Origin: Patescibacteria group bacterium
Lineage (GTDB): Bacteria > Patescibacteriota > Minisyncoccia > Phycocordibacterales > UBA9973
Direction of reading: 5' to 3'
Length of the DNA stretch: 55,306 bases
NCBI GenBank assembly: GCA_040388575.1
Contig: JAZKBO010000001.1
Span: 74,776 to 130,081, forward strand
Below the pieces are notes generated by a model. The model saw only the letters and a list, made by a program, of their open reading frames with translations. It was not told where the DNA came from and made no database searches. Position numbers and translations under genes: made by a program. Shown here piece by piece: positions 43,552 to 51,699 of the stretch. Positions within the stretch are counted from its first letter, which is position 1. Each line of letters opens with the position of its first letter.

Positions 43552-43598
43552 CACCCGGTTCTCGACTTTCTGTCGGGACCCGGGTGTGTCTATTTTTA
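43552..43598 (+). terminator. terminator closing cassette D
   Basis: CACCCGG/CCGGGTG outer stem and TCGAC/GTCGG inner stem, followed by TGTCTATTTTTATTT. Confidence 0.6.
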
Positions 43599-43599
43599 T

Positions 43600-43627
43600 T
43601 TGACTTTCTAAGGGTATTTGCTATTAT
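43600..43627 (+). promoter_or_regulatory. promoter of rpsS and downstream ribosomal genes
   Basis: TTGACT (43600-05), 16-nt spacer, TGcTATTAT with the hexamer at 43622-27. Confidence 0.5.
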
Positions 43628-43676
43628 GAAGCCAAGCTCTTAGGGGCCTATTTTTATACTTGTTTAAGTTAACTAA

Positions 43677-44033
43677 ATGACCAGATCAATCAAAAAAGGC
43701 ATAAATACAGACGAAAGGCTCCTCAAAAAGATCGCCGGCAAAAACCCGCTCCAGACAGGTATGATCAAGACCTGGAACCGCGCCTGCCAAATCTCCCCAG
43801 AGATGCTTGGTTTTAATTTTGGCGTTTATAATGGTAAGACCCACATCGAAGTCCTCGTAACGGAAGACATGGTAGGGCACCGACTTGGCGAATTTTCACC
43901 AACTAAGAAATTCATTAAGCACGGCGGTAAGATGCAAAAGGAACTTGAACAGAAGAAGAAGGAAGCTGAAATAGCTCAAGCGCAGTCCGCAACAGTAGCC
44001 GCAACTGGCGCCGCTGCAGCTGCCAAAAAATAA
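43677..44033 (+). CDS. rpsS: 30S ribosomal protein S19 with Lys/Glu/Ala-rich C-terminal extension
   Basis: MTRSIKKG...VYNGKTHIEVLVTEDMVGHRLGEF, then a ~30-aa tail. Confidence 0.95.
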   Translation: MTRSIKKGINTDERLLKKIAGKNPLQTGMIKTWNRACQISPEMLGFNFGVYNGKTHIEVLVTEDMVGHRLGEFSPTKKFIKHGGKMQKELEQKKKEAEIAQAQSATVAATGAAAAAKK

Positions 44034-44052
44034 TATTGAATAATAAATTAGC

Positions 44053-44427
44053 ATGAAAGCATATTTACACAATTACAGACAAGCTCCTCGAAAAGTCCGC
44101 CTCGTAGCAGGACTCCTAAAGAAAAAGAGCGTACCGCAAGCCATTGTGGAATTGGATTTTCTAGCTAAGCGCGCAGGTGGCCCGATCAAGAAACTTTTAC
44201 TTTCAGCAGTAGCTAATGCCAAGCAAGTTGGTATAGAAAAGGAGAATTTAATGATCCAGGATTTGCGAGTGGATAAAGGTGTAACCATGAGGCGTATGAT
44301 GCCAGCAGCAATGGGCTCCGGTCACCGCATCAACAAGCGTACCAGTAATGTCACGCTAGTATTAGTCGAGAAGGTTGTGGAAGTTAAAAAGTCCAAGCAA
44401 GTATCTAAGTCAAAAGCAAAGAAATAA
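44053..44427 (+). CDS. rplV: 50S ribosomal protein L22
   Basis: 124 aa with RQAPRKVRLVAGLLKKK... Confidence 0.9.
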   Translation: MKAYLHNYRQAPRKVRLVAGLLKKKSVPQAIVELDFLAKRAGGPIKKLLLSAVANAKQVGIEKENLMIQDLRVDKGVTMRRMMPAAMGSGHRINKRTSNVTLVLVEKVVEVKKSKQVSKSKAKK

Positions 44428-44428
44428 T

Positions 44429-45109
44429 ATGTCAAAAATAGTTCACCCATATGCACATAGATTGGTAACCCTAAGAGACTGGAAGTCCCGCTGGTTTGCC
44501 GAACCTAAAAAGTACGTAGCTTACCTCAAGGGTGATGTGCTAATTCGCGAATGGTTGGAAAAAAAGCTCCGCGGGATGTATATCTCCACCATTGAAATCG
44601 AGCGCAGCCGTAAAGCTACTCGCTTTATCATCAAGACTTCACGCCCAGGGCTTATCATAGGCCGCAGTGGGGAAGGTGCAACTAAACTTAAGGAAGAAAT
44701 CCTAAAGAAGATGGACTACTTGAAGATACCTCGACCAGAAGACTTCAAACTTGAAATTGTAGAAGTTGGTAACCCAGAAGCTGATGCTGCTATCGTAGCG
44801 TACATGATCGCGGAAGGCTTGGAGAAGCGTATGCCTTACCGCAGAGTTATCAAGCAAGTAATAGAGAAGGTTATGACTGCCCGTGGGGTAGAAGGAGCCA
44901 GAATCGTCTTAGGTGGCCGCCTCGGTGGGGCTGACATTGCTCGTACGGAAGAGCTTAAGCGTGGTAGTATCCCGCTTCAGACTTTCCGCGCGGACATTGA
45001 CTTCAAGCGTGAACGAGCCACCCTTTCCTATGGTGTTATCGGCATCAAGGTTTGGATTTACCGAGGTAAGATTTTTGCGGATAAGAAAAACGTTGAAAAG
45101 CAAAGTTAA
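44429..45109 (+). CDS. rpsC: 30S ribosomal protein S3
   Basis: MSKIVHPYAHRLVTLRDWKSRWFA. Trimmed from ORF-track start 44375, which overlaps rplV. Confidence 0.95.
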   Translation: MSKIVHPYAHRLVTLRDWKSRWFAEPKKYVAYLKGDVLIREWLEKKLRGMYISTIEIERSRKATRFIIKTSRPGLIIGRSGEGATKLKEEILKKMDYLKIPRPEDFKLEIVEVGNPEADAAIVAYMIAEGLEKRMPYRRVIKQVIEKVMTARGVEGARIVLGGRLGGADIARTEELKRGSIPLQTFRADIDFKRERATLSYGVIGIKVWIYRGKIFADKKNVEKQS

Positions 45110-45118
45110 TTTAAATAT

Positions 45119-45544
45119 ATGTTAATCCCTAAAAAAGTAAAATTTAGAAAGTGGCAGACCAAGCGTATCAACAGGAAAATGATTACTCCTGATACTCGTG
45201 GCACCAAGCTTGCCTTCGGATCTTTCGGCCTTAAAGCCGAGACAGATGCCCGAGTTAAATCCATCCAGCTTGAATCTGCTCGCAAAGTTATAGCTCGTAC
45301 ACTTACCAAAGCTGGTAAATATTGGATTCGTGTTTTTCCAGACCGACCATACACTGCTAAGGCTGCAGAAGTGGGCATGGGTAAAGGTAAGGGTGACCCA
45401 CAGGGTTACTGCGTTGAAATTTTCCCTGGCCGCATTATTTTCGAAGTGGACGGAGTCGAAGAGAGTGTAGCGCGTGAGGCCTTGCGTAAGGCTGGCACCA
45501 AGCTCCCACTTAAGGGCCGCGTAGTTGCAAGACATAACAGATAG
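45119..45544 (+). CDS. rplP: 50S ribosomal protein L16
   Basis: MLIPKKVKFRKWQ... Confidence 0.95.
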   Translation: MLIPKKVKFRKWQTKRINRKMITPDTRGTKLAFGSFGLKAETDARVKSIQLESARKVIARTLTKAGKYWIRVFPDRPYTAKAAEVGMGKGKGDPQGYCVEIFPGRIIFEVDGVEESVAREALRKAGTKLPLKGRVVARHNR

Positions 45545-45557
45545 CACAATAAATAAC

Positions 45558-45755
45558 ATGGCAAAAGACAAGAAAGAAAACTTCAGAGATTTAAAGGAAG
45601 GTGAGCTAGAAAAGAAGCTGGCAGCTTTTCGTGAGGAAGTGCGCGTAAATAAATTCAAGAATGAAGGCGCAAAGTCCAAGAATGTTAAAGCTACAGGAGC
45701 ATTACGCAAACAAATCGCCAGAATATTAACTGTAATGAATGCCCCAAATAAATAA
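45558..45755 (+). CDS. rpmC: 50S ribosomal protein L29
   Basis: 65 aa with [23 protein letters not shown]. Trimmed to ATG 45558. Confidence 0.9.
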   Translation: MAKDKKENFRDLKEGELEKKLAAFREEVRVNKFKNEGAKSKNVKATGALRKQIARILTVMNAPNK

Positions 45756-45756
45756 T

Positions 45757-46008
45757 ATGAAAAAGGAAGAGATAAAAGAGAATAAAGGAAATATTTTGAA
45801 GGGAGTGGTAGTATCTGACAAGATGGACAAGACTATCGTGGTTTCAGTATCGCGCTTCGTCAAGCACCCACTTTATGGTAAGTTTTATAAAATCAGCAAG
45901 AAGTACAAGGCACATGACGAGAGCAACAAGCATAAAGTAGGGGACCAAGTAGAAATAATCGAAACTCGCCCTATTTCAAAGGACAAGAGGTTCAAAGTTA
46001 AAGAATAA
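45757..46008 (+). CDS. rpsQ: 30S ribosomal protein S17
   Basis: [18 protein letters not shown]...[23 protein letters not shown]. Trimmed to ATG 45757. Confidence 0.9.
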   Translation: MKKEEIKENKGNILKGVVVSDKMDKTIVVSVSRFVKHPLYGKFYKISKKYKAHDESNKHKVGDQVEIIETRPISKDKRFKVKE

Positions 46009-46012
46009 TTAT

Positions 46013-46384
46013 ATGATTCAACCAAGAAGTTTAGTAAAAATTACAGACAACGCCGGAGGCACCATAGGAGGGGTGTTCAAAGTTTTAGGCTCTTCAAAGA
46101 AGCGATACGCAACTATTGGCGACCGAGTAATCATTTCCGTTAAAGTTGCTTCACCTCGAAAAATGGTCAAGAAGAAGGATGTGCATGAGGCCGTAGTTGT
46201 GCGCACTATGAATGCTTATCGCCGCAAGGATGGATCATATATTCGCTTTGACGACAACGCTGTAGTGATATTAGAAAAAGGCAAAATGGATCCAAAAGCT
46301 GGACGCGTATTCGGGCCAATTCCAAGAGAGCTTGCGGAGAAAGGATACCAGAAGATTATTTCTTTAGCGCCGGAGGTAATATAA
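46013..46384 (+). CDS. rplN: 50S ribosomal protein L14
   Basis: MIQPRSLVKITDNAGG... Confidence 0.95.
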   Translation: MIQPRSLVKITDNAGGTIGGVFKVLGSSKKRYATIGDRVIISVKVASPRKMVKKKDVHEAVVVRTMNAYRRKDGSYIRFDDNAVVILEKGKMDPKAGRVFGPIPRELAEKGYQKIISLAPEVI

Positions 46385-46398
46385 ACAGATTTAAATAT

Positions 46399-46617
46399 AT
46401 GAAGATCAAGAAAGGCGACAATGTAATAGCGATAGCTGGTAAGGACAAAGGCAAGAAGGGCAAGGTTGTCCGAGTTTTGGTGAGTGCGAACAAGGTTATC
46501 GTAGAAGGCCTCAACATGATGAAGAAGCATCAGCGTGCGAGGACCAGTAATGAAAAGGGCCAGATGATAAACAAGGCTATGCCGATACATGCATCCAACG
46601 TAAAGAAAGCCGAATAG
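46399..46617 (+). CDS. rplX: 50S ribosomal protein L24 (short form)
   Basis: MKIKKGDNVIAIAGKDKGKKGKV KOW motif. 72 aa. Confidence 0.9.
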   Translation: MKIKKGDNVIAIAGKDKGKKGKVVRVLVSANKVIVEGLNMMKKHQRARTSNEKGQMINKAMPIHASNVKKAE

Positions 46618-46649
46618 TTCGACAAGCTCACTACAAGTAATAAAAATAT

Positions 46650-47219
46650 ATGACTAAACATTTAAACGTAAAACAAAAAGAAGTAGAGGCATTTGAAAAG
46701 ATGAAAGGAGCATTTCATTATAAAAATGCCATGGCCGCACCAAAGATGAAAAAGGTGGTGATCAATGTTGGTACCGGTACCGCTGTTAAGAAAGATAAGA
46801 ACAAGAATGATGCTATTTCAGACCGCCTAGCTAAAATCTCCGGACAAAAGGCAGCTCTCCGTGGTGCTAAGAAGTCCATCGCATCCTTCAAGGTCCGCCA
46901 AGGCGAGCCTATCGGGGTAGTAGTAACACTAAGGGAGAAGAGAATGTATGCATTCCTAGAAAAGCTTCTAAACGTTGCTATCCCTCGTACTAAGGACTTC
47001 CGTGGTATCAATCGCTCTGTGGTAGATGACATTGGTAACCTTACCCTCGGTATTAAAGAGCACACCATCTTTCCAGAAACAGCAGATGAAGATATCAAGG
47101 ACGTTTTCGGCATGGCTATCACCCTAGTATCAAGCGCAAAAAACAAAAAAGAAGGCACTGCCTTCTTCGAACTCCTAGGAGTTCCTTTCAAAAAGGAAGA
47201 AGAGAGCAAGAAGAAGTAA
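46650..47219 (+). CDS. rplE: 50S ribosomal protein L5
   Basis: 189 aa at the canonical spc-operon position, with VVINVGTG and the FRGI...D.GN.T.GI.E pattern. Confidence 0.95.
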   Translation: MTKHLNVKQKEVEAFEKMKGAFHYKNAMAAPKMKKVVINVGTGTAVKKDKNKNDAISDRLAKISGQKAALRGAKKSIASFKVRQGEPIGVVVTLREKRMYAFLEKLLNVAIPRTKDFRGINRSVVDDIGNLTLGIKEHTIFPETADEDIKDVFGMAITLVSSAKNKKEGTAFFELLGVPFKKEEESKKK

Positions 47220-47220
47220 T

Positions 47221-47249
47221 TTGACTATAAAGCCTATTTCTGCTAGTAT
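47221..47249 (+). promoter_or_regulatory. internal promoter before rpsN with ~110-nt leader
   Basis: TTGACT (47221-26), 17-nt spacer, TGcTAGTAT with the hexamer at 47244-49. Confidence 0.45.
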
Positions 47250-47362
47250 CTAAGTACGGGAATGATGTTTCGGTTAATCCATTTTTCTCCTTATTTTTTC
47301 AAGCGATTGAGGGAATAAGAAAAAAAGTGAGATATTACTGGAGCTAAGTTCCTAATTTATAT

Positions 47363-47548
47363 ATGGCTAAAGCCTCAGTACTCGCACGAAATAGAAAGAA
47401 ACCAAAGTTCAGCACTCGGCAGAAAAACCGATGTTTTCGCTGTGGCCGCGGTAATGGCTTCATGCGTGACTTCGGCATTTGCCGTATCTGCTTCCGTGAA
47501 TTAGCTAACGAAGGAATGCTCCCAGGTGTTCGTAAGTCATCTTGGTAA
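47363..47548 (+). CDS. rpsN: 30S ribosomal protein S14, zinc-binding type Z
   Basis: 61 aa with CFRCGR...CRICFRE. Confidence 0.9.
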   Translation: MAKASVLARNRKKPKFSTRQKNRCFRCGRGNGFMRDFGICRICFRELANEGMLPGVRKSSW

Positions 47549-47557
47549 TTTAAATAT

Positions 47558-47944
47558 ATGGATTCAATCGCAAACATGATAATAATGATGAAGAACGCAG
47601 GGCTTGCCGGTAAGCCTACTGTTTCCATGCCACACTCCAAGTTAAAGAATGCAATTTTAGAATGCTTAAAGAAGGAAGGCTATGTGGCTGAAATTTCAAA
47701 GAGGGTTAAAAAAGGCCAGCCGGTACTCGAAGTAGAATTAGTCTACGTTGATAAAACACCTAAAATCACTGAAGCTGAAAGAATTTCCAAGCAGTCTCGC
47801 CGAGTTTATTTTGGAGTGAATGATATCCATAAGGTTAAGAATGGTTCTGGTTTGTTAGTACTTTCCACCCCAAAAGGTATTTTGTCAGGTCGCGATGCTC
47901 GCAAGGAGCAAGTCGGGGGAGAGGCTTTATTCAGACTTTGGTAA
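47558..47944 (+). CDS. rpsH: 30S ribosomal protein S8
   Basis: MDSIANMIIMMKNA... 128 aa. Confidence 0.95.
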   Translation: MDSIANMIIMMKNAGLAGKPTVSMPHSKLKNAILECLKKEGYVAEISKRVKKGQPVLEVELVYVDKTPKITEAERISKQSRRVYFGVNDIHKVKNGSGLLVLSTPKGILSGRDARKEQVGGEALFRLW

Positions 47945-47953
47945 AACATTTAT

Positions 47954-48487
47954 ATGAGTAAAATTGGTAAACAACAACTAGAAATTCCAGCAGGCATAAA
48001 AGTCACCCAAGAGGGCGAAGTTCTTACCGTTGTTGGACCAAAGGGCACCCTATCGAAGAATTTCCGCGATGATATCGCTATCACCATAACTCCTACCCTC
48101 ATTACTTTGGCCACCAAGCGCAATGATAAATTTTCCAAGTCTCTCTGGGGTACTTATGCTTCCCAAATAAAGAATATGATAGCCGGCGTTACCACTCCAT
48201 ACGTAAGGAAATTAATTTTGGAAGGTGTGGGCTATAAGTCTGAAGTTAAGGGCAAGGACTTTCATTTTGCTTTAGGATTTTCCCACCCAGTTGTTGTAAA
48301 AATTCCAGAAGGTATCACTGCTACTGCGGATAAGAACAATATCACCATCACTGGCGCTGACAAAGAAGTGGTAGGAGGCTTTGCCGCTTCCGTTCGAGCA
48401 CTCAAGAAACCAGAACCATATAAAGGTAAGGGTATGCGCTACGATGATGAGGTCATCAGACGCAAGCAGGGTAAGAAGACAGCATAG
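47954..48487 (+). CDS. rplF: 50S ribosomal protein L6
   Basis: MSKIGKQQLEIPAGIKV... 177 aa. Confidence 0.95.
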   Translation: MSKIGKQQLEIPAGIKVTQEGEVLTVVGPKGTLSKNFRDDIAITITPTLITLATKRNDKFSKSLWGTYASQIKNMIAGVTTPYVRKLILEGVGYKSEVKGKDFHFALGFSHPVVVKIPEGITATADKNNITITGADKEVVGGFAASVRALKKPEPYKGKGMRYDDEVIRRKQGKKTA

Positions 48488-48490
48488 TAT

Positions 48491-48832
48491 ATGAATAATA
48501 AACAAGACAAAAGAATAAGATTGAAAAAGAAGATCCGAGCTAAGATATTGGGTACCAAGGAGCGCCCACGCCTTTCCGTATTTCGATCTAACAAATTTAT
48601 ATACGCGCAGATCATTGATGATGCTACTGGTAAGACATTGGTGCAGGCGTCCGATGTGAAGGTGTCAAAAGGTACTAAAATCGCTCGCGCCCAGGAAGTG
48701 GGCAAGATGGTAGCCGAGGCTTGTAAGAGTGCCAAGATAGATAAAGTAGTTTTCGATCGCAATGGTTTCAAATACACCGGCCGCGTAAAATTAGTAGCTG
48801 ATGCAGCTCGCGCAGGCGGATTGAAGTTTTAA
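48491..48832 (+). CDS. rplR: 50S ribosomal protein L18
   Basis: [20 protein letters not shown]... Confidence 0.95.
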   Translation: MNNKQDKRIRLKKKIRAKILGTKERPRLSVFRSNKFIYAQIIDDATGKTLVQASDVKVSKGTKIARAQEVGKMVAEACKSAKIDKVVFDRNGFKYTGRVKLVADAARAGGLKF

Positions 48833-48840
48833 ATAAATAT

Positions 48841-49488
48841 ATGGATACACCAAATACAAAACCAAATACAGGCGCAGGTGCAAATATGAGCGGAAATAGA
48901 CCTACCCGAAATGCTTCTACAGGCGGGGACCGCAAGGGTGGTAGTAACCGCCGCGGTAGCTCTTTCAATAGACCTAAGCCAGAGTTCGACCAGAAGATTT
49001 TAAATATTCGCCGCGTGACTCGCGTGGTAGCGGGAGGCCGCCGCTTTTCATTCTCCGTTGCAATCGTTGCAGGAGACAAGAAGGGTTCTGTGGGTCTTGG
49101 CCTCGGTAAAGCAGGGGACACATCACTCGCTATCAACAAGGCCTTGCGCAATGCCAAGAAGAATATGGTCCGCCTGAAGTTGACCAAGACTATGTCCTTA
49201 CCTCATGAAGTTAATGCTAAATTCTCAAGTGCAAGAGTCGCCCTCATGCCTAACCGTGGCCGTGGGCTCGTAGCTGGGTCAGTAGTGCGCGACATCGTGA
49301 ACCTAGCGGGTATGAAGGATATTACTGGTAAGATTCATTCCAGTACAAAAAATAAATTAAACAATGCTAAGGCTGTAATGCTGGCCCTCGCCCCAATATC
49401 AGTAAAATATTCTAAGCCAATAGCTGAGAAAATAGTTATCGATAGTAAGGAAGTTGCGGTGCCGGAGCTTGAAGTAGTTAAAGAATAG
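48841..49488 (+). CDS. rpsE: 30S ribosomal protein S5 with ~50-aa Gly/Asn/Arg-rich N-terminal extension
   Basis: The core ILNIRRVTRVVAGGRRFSF... is preceded by a low-complexity extension. Confidence 0.95.
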   Translation: MDTPNTKPNTGAGANMSGNRPTRNASTGGDRKGGSNRRGSSFNRPKPEFDQKILNIRRVTRVVAGGRRFSFSVAIVAGDKKGSVGLGLGKAGDTSLAINKALRNAKKNMVRLKLTKTMSLPHEVNAKFSSARVALMPNRGRGLVAGSVVRDIVNLAGMKDITGKIHSSTKNKLNNAKAVMLALAPISVKYSKPIAEKIVIDSKEVAVPELEVVKE

Positions 49489-49505
49489 AAATAAAATAAA
49501 CTGAT

Positions 49506-49820
49506 ATGCAAATACATGATTTAAAAAGAACTCATAAGAATAAGAAGGACCGCATCGTAGGACGCGGTGGTAAACACGCTAAGACTTCCGGCCGAGGTGG
49601 CAAGGGTCAGACAGCGCGTGCCGGTAACAAGCGCCGCCCCGAACTCCGTGACATCATCAAGAAGTTGCCGAAGAATCGAGGTTATAATTTCAAAACTATT
49701 CATCGTCCAGTGCGCATTGCACCGGGGGAAATCCTTCCTACGGAGACTGGAGCTCATAAGAAGTTCTCCGCCATCAGGAAGCGCCTGGGGCTCAAGGGTG
49801 GTAAGATTGTGATAAGATAA
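49506..49820 (+). CDS. rplO: 50S ribosomal protein L15 (short, 104 aa)
   Basis: VGRGGKHAKTSGRGGKGQTARAG. Follows rpsE directly with no L30 gene in between. Confidence 0.85.
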   Translation: MQIHDLKRTHKNKKDRIVGRGGKHAKTSGRGGKGQTARAGNKRRPELRDIIKKLPKNRGYNFKTIHRPVRIAPGEILPTETGAHKKFSAIRKRLGLKGGKIVIR

Positions 49821-49832
49821 CATTAGACCCTG

Positions 49833-51104
49833 ATGAATACTTTTTGGACAAAAATGAAGTTAATGTGGACGGATAAAGTACTCCGCAAAAGAGTGCTGTT
49901 TGTCCTTTTTGCCTTGATTGTATTCAGGCTTTTGGCTGCTATCCCAATACCAGGCATTGATGCTGCAGCACTTAGCAGATTCCTATCCAATAACCAATTC
50001 TTTGGAATTCTAAACATCTTCTCCGGTGGCGGACTTTCTAACCTTTCTATCATCATGCTCGGCGTCGGGCCTTTCATTACTGCTTCCATTATCATGCAAC
50101 TTCTTACTATCATGATCCCGGCACTCAAGCGTATCTATAATGAGGAAGGGGAAGCTGGCAGAAAGAGATTCACTCAATACTCCAGGCTCTTAACTGTACC
50201 TCTAGCCGCTATTCAAGGCTTTTCACTTCTAGCAATTCTAGAGTCCCAGAGCATCTTGGTTAATTTAACTCCATTTGATCGTATTACTAACCTTATCATC
50301 GTTATCGCAGGAGGGATATTCCTCATGTGGCTCGGGGAATTGATGTCCGAGTTCGGTATTGGTAACGGTGTTTCACTCATCATCTTTGCCGGTATAGTTT
50401 CCAGAATTCCGACTGAATTAAATCAGCTTCTTTTTGCTTTCGATGCTTCCCAGATTCCATTACTTCTCCTCTTCGTTGCTATTGGTGCCCTAGTTATCGC
50501 TGGTGTGGTTATTGTTACGGAAGCTGAGCGGCCAATACCTGTTACTTATGCCAAGCGCGTGCGCGGCATGAAGATGTATGGTGGCGGCTCTACATATTTG
50601 CCACTGCGGGTGAACCAAGCTGGAGTTATTCCAATAATCTTTGCACTTTCGATTTTGCTTTTCCCGCAAATGATCGGTACGGCGCTATCGCATCTAAGTA
50701 ACCCTATTTTTCTTAAAATTTCTGCAGTACTCTTGTCCTTTACTCAGACATCAGTGCTTTATGCTGTCCTCTACTTCCTCCTCGTATTTCTATTTACATA
50801 TTTCTATACCGCGGTTACCTTCGATCCCGAAGCCCTTTCAAACAACTTGCAAAAAAATGGCGCCTTTATTCCAGGTATCCGCCCAGGTGCATCGACATCG
50901 GACTACATCTCGAAAGTCCTCAGCCGTATCACTATGCTCGGCGCAGTATTCCTAGGCCTCATTGCAGTCTTACCGCTCATAATGCGTGCAGTTACAGGCA
51001 TCACAGCAATTGCCCTCGGCGGTACCGCGCTCCTCATCGTTGTATCTGTAGTTCTAGACTTGATTAAAAAAGTAGATGCGCAAGTATCTATGCGAGAGTA
51101 CTAA
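49833..51104 (+). CDS. secY: preprotein translocase subunit SecY
   Basis: 423 aa, 10-TM pattern, with GIMPFITASIIMQLL-like and WLGELMSEFGIGNG motifs. Confidence 0.95.
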   Translation: MNTFWTKMKLMWTDKVLRKRVLFVLFALIVFRLLAAIPIPGIDAAALSRFLSNNQFFGILNIFSGGGLSNLSIIMLGVGPFITASIIMQLLTIMIPALKRIYNEEGEAGRKRFTQYSRLLTVPLAAIQGFSLLAILESQSILVNLTPFDRITNLIIVIAGGIFLMWLGELMSEFGIGNGVSLIIFAGIVSRIPTELNQLLFAFDASQIPLLLLFVAIGALVIAGVVIVTEAERPIPVTYAKRVRGMKMYGGGSTYLPLRVNQAGVIPIIFALSILLFPQMIGTALSHLSNPIFLKISAVLLSFTQTSVLYAVLYFLLVFLFTYFYTAVTFDPEALSNNLQKNGAFIPGIRPGASTSDYISKVLSRITMLGAVFLGLIAVLPLIMRAVTGITAIALGGTALLIVVSVVLDLIKKVDAQVSMREY

Positions 51105-51110
51105 TTCACT

Positions 51111-51677
51111 TTATTTATTTTGCCACTCCTTGTATTTGGCAACGATTTCATTAACAACCTCTCCAAGGTTGTTTTTGTTTGTATCAATGACTAAGTCGAA
51201 CTGATTTTTTTCAGCATTGTTTATTTTATATAGATCCCAATAACGCTTCTGCTCACTTTCGAAGCGTTCACTCATTTCTTGGTAAACACCTTCGGGGGTA
51301 GTGGCCGTCTGGCTCTGCATTCTTAAAGGATTGTTTTGTAGATCATTTGTTATTCTATCTTTAGCAATTTCTGGCGGTAGATCAAGATAAACTTTAAATG
51401 ATTCCGGTATCCAATGGAATGCAGTGCGGGAGTCAATCACTAATCCCTTTTTCTCTCGCATGTCTTGGAGTTTTTTGTCAGTCATTTCATCGATGCTTGT
51501 ATCTTTCTCGGCGCGTTTATTAAGCTCGTTAACTGTTAAGCCTAGTTCGAGCCCCACTTGGCGGAAAAAGTCACCAGAAGAAAAATGCTGATAACCAAGA
51601 GCTTCAGCGACTTTTTTGGCAGTGCTGGATTTACCGCTGCCAAGACCACCGCAAATAGTAATAATTTCTTTTTTCAT
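51111..51677 (-). CDS. cytidylate kinase-like NMP kinase (short, archaeal-type CMK family)
   Basis: P-loop ICGGLGSGKSSTAKKVAEALG. Trimmed from ORF-track start 51809 to the ATG at 51677. Confidence 0.7.
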   Translation of the reverse strand: MKKEIITICGGLGSGKSSTAKKVAEALGYQHFSSGDFFRQVGLELGLTVNELNKRAEKDTSIDEMTDKKLQDMREKKGLVIDSRTAFHWIPESFKVYLDLPPEIAKDRITNDLQNNPLRMQSQTATTPEGVYQEMSERFESEQKRYWDLYKINNAEKNQFDLVIDTNKNNLGEVVNEIVAKYKEWQNK

Positions 51678-51686
51678 AATTTGTGG

Positions 51687-51693
51687 TATTATA
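51687..51693. promoter_or_regulatory. overlapping divergent -10 boxes shared by cmk-like gene and adk
   Basis: Plus strand: TGgTATTAT (hexamer 51687-92), 7 nt before adk ATG 51700. Minus strand: TGtTATAAT (hexamer 51688-93), 10 nt before ATG 51677. The intergenic gap is only 22 nt. Confidence 0.45.
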
Positions 51694-51699
51694 ACACAC

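Larger units (their letters stand above)
42905..43600. other. GC-rich cassette D (compositional island, two transcription units)
   Basis: 43261-43320 counts 68% GC. An AT-rich promoter-like spacer sits at 43070-43120. Lies between rplB and rpsS. Confidence 0.85.

Noticed and set aside
45122-45709. Long antisense shadow ORFs inside conserved genes: 195 aa opposite rplP/rpmC, 163 aa opposite rplE (46718-47209), 154 aa opposite map (53122-53586), 139 aa opposite rpsE, 91 aa opposite rpsL, and several opposite fusA, tuf and the efflux genes.
   Set aside because: They lie antisense to unambiguous, highly conserved genes. They lack start contexts and have biased compositions.
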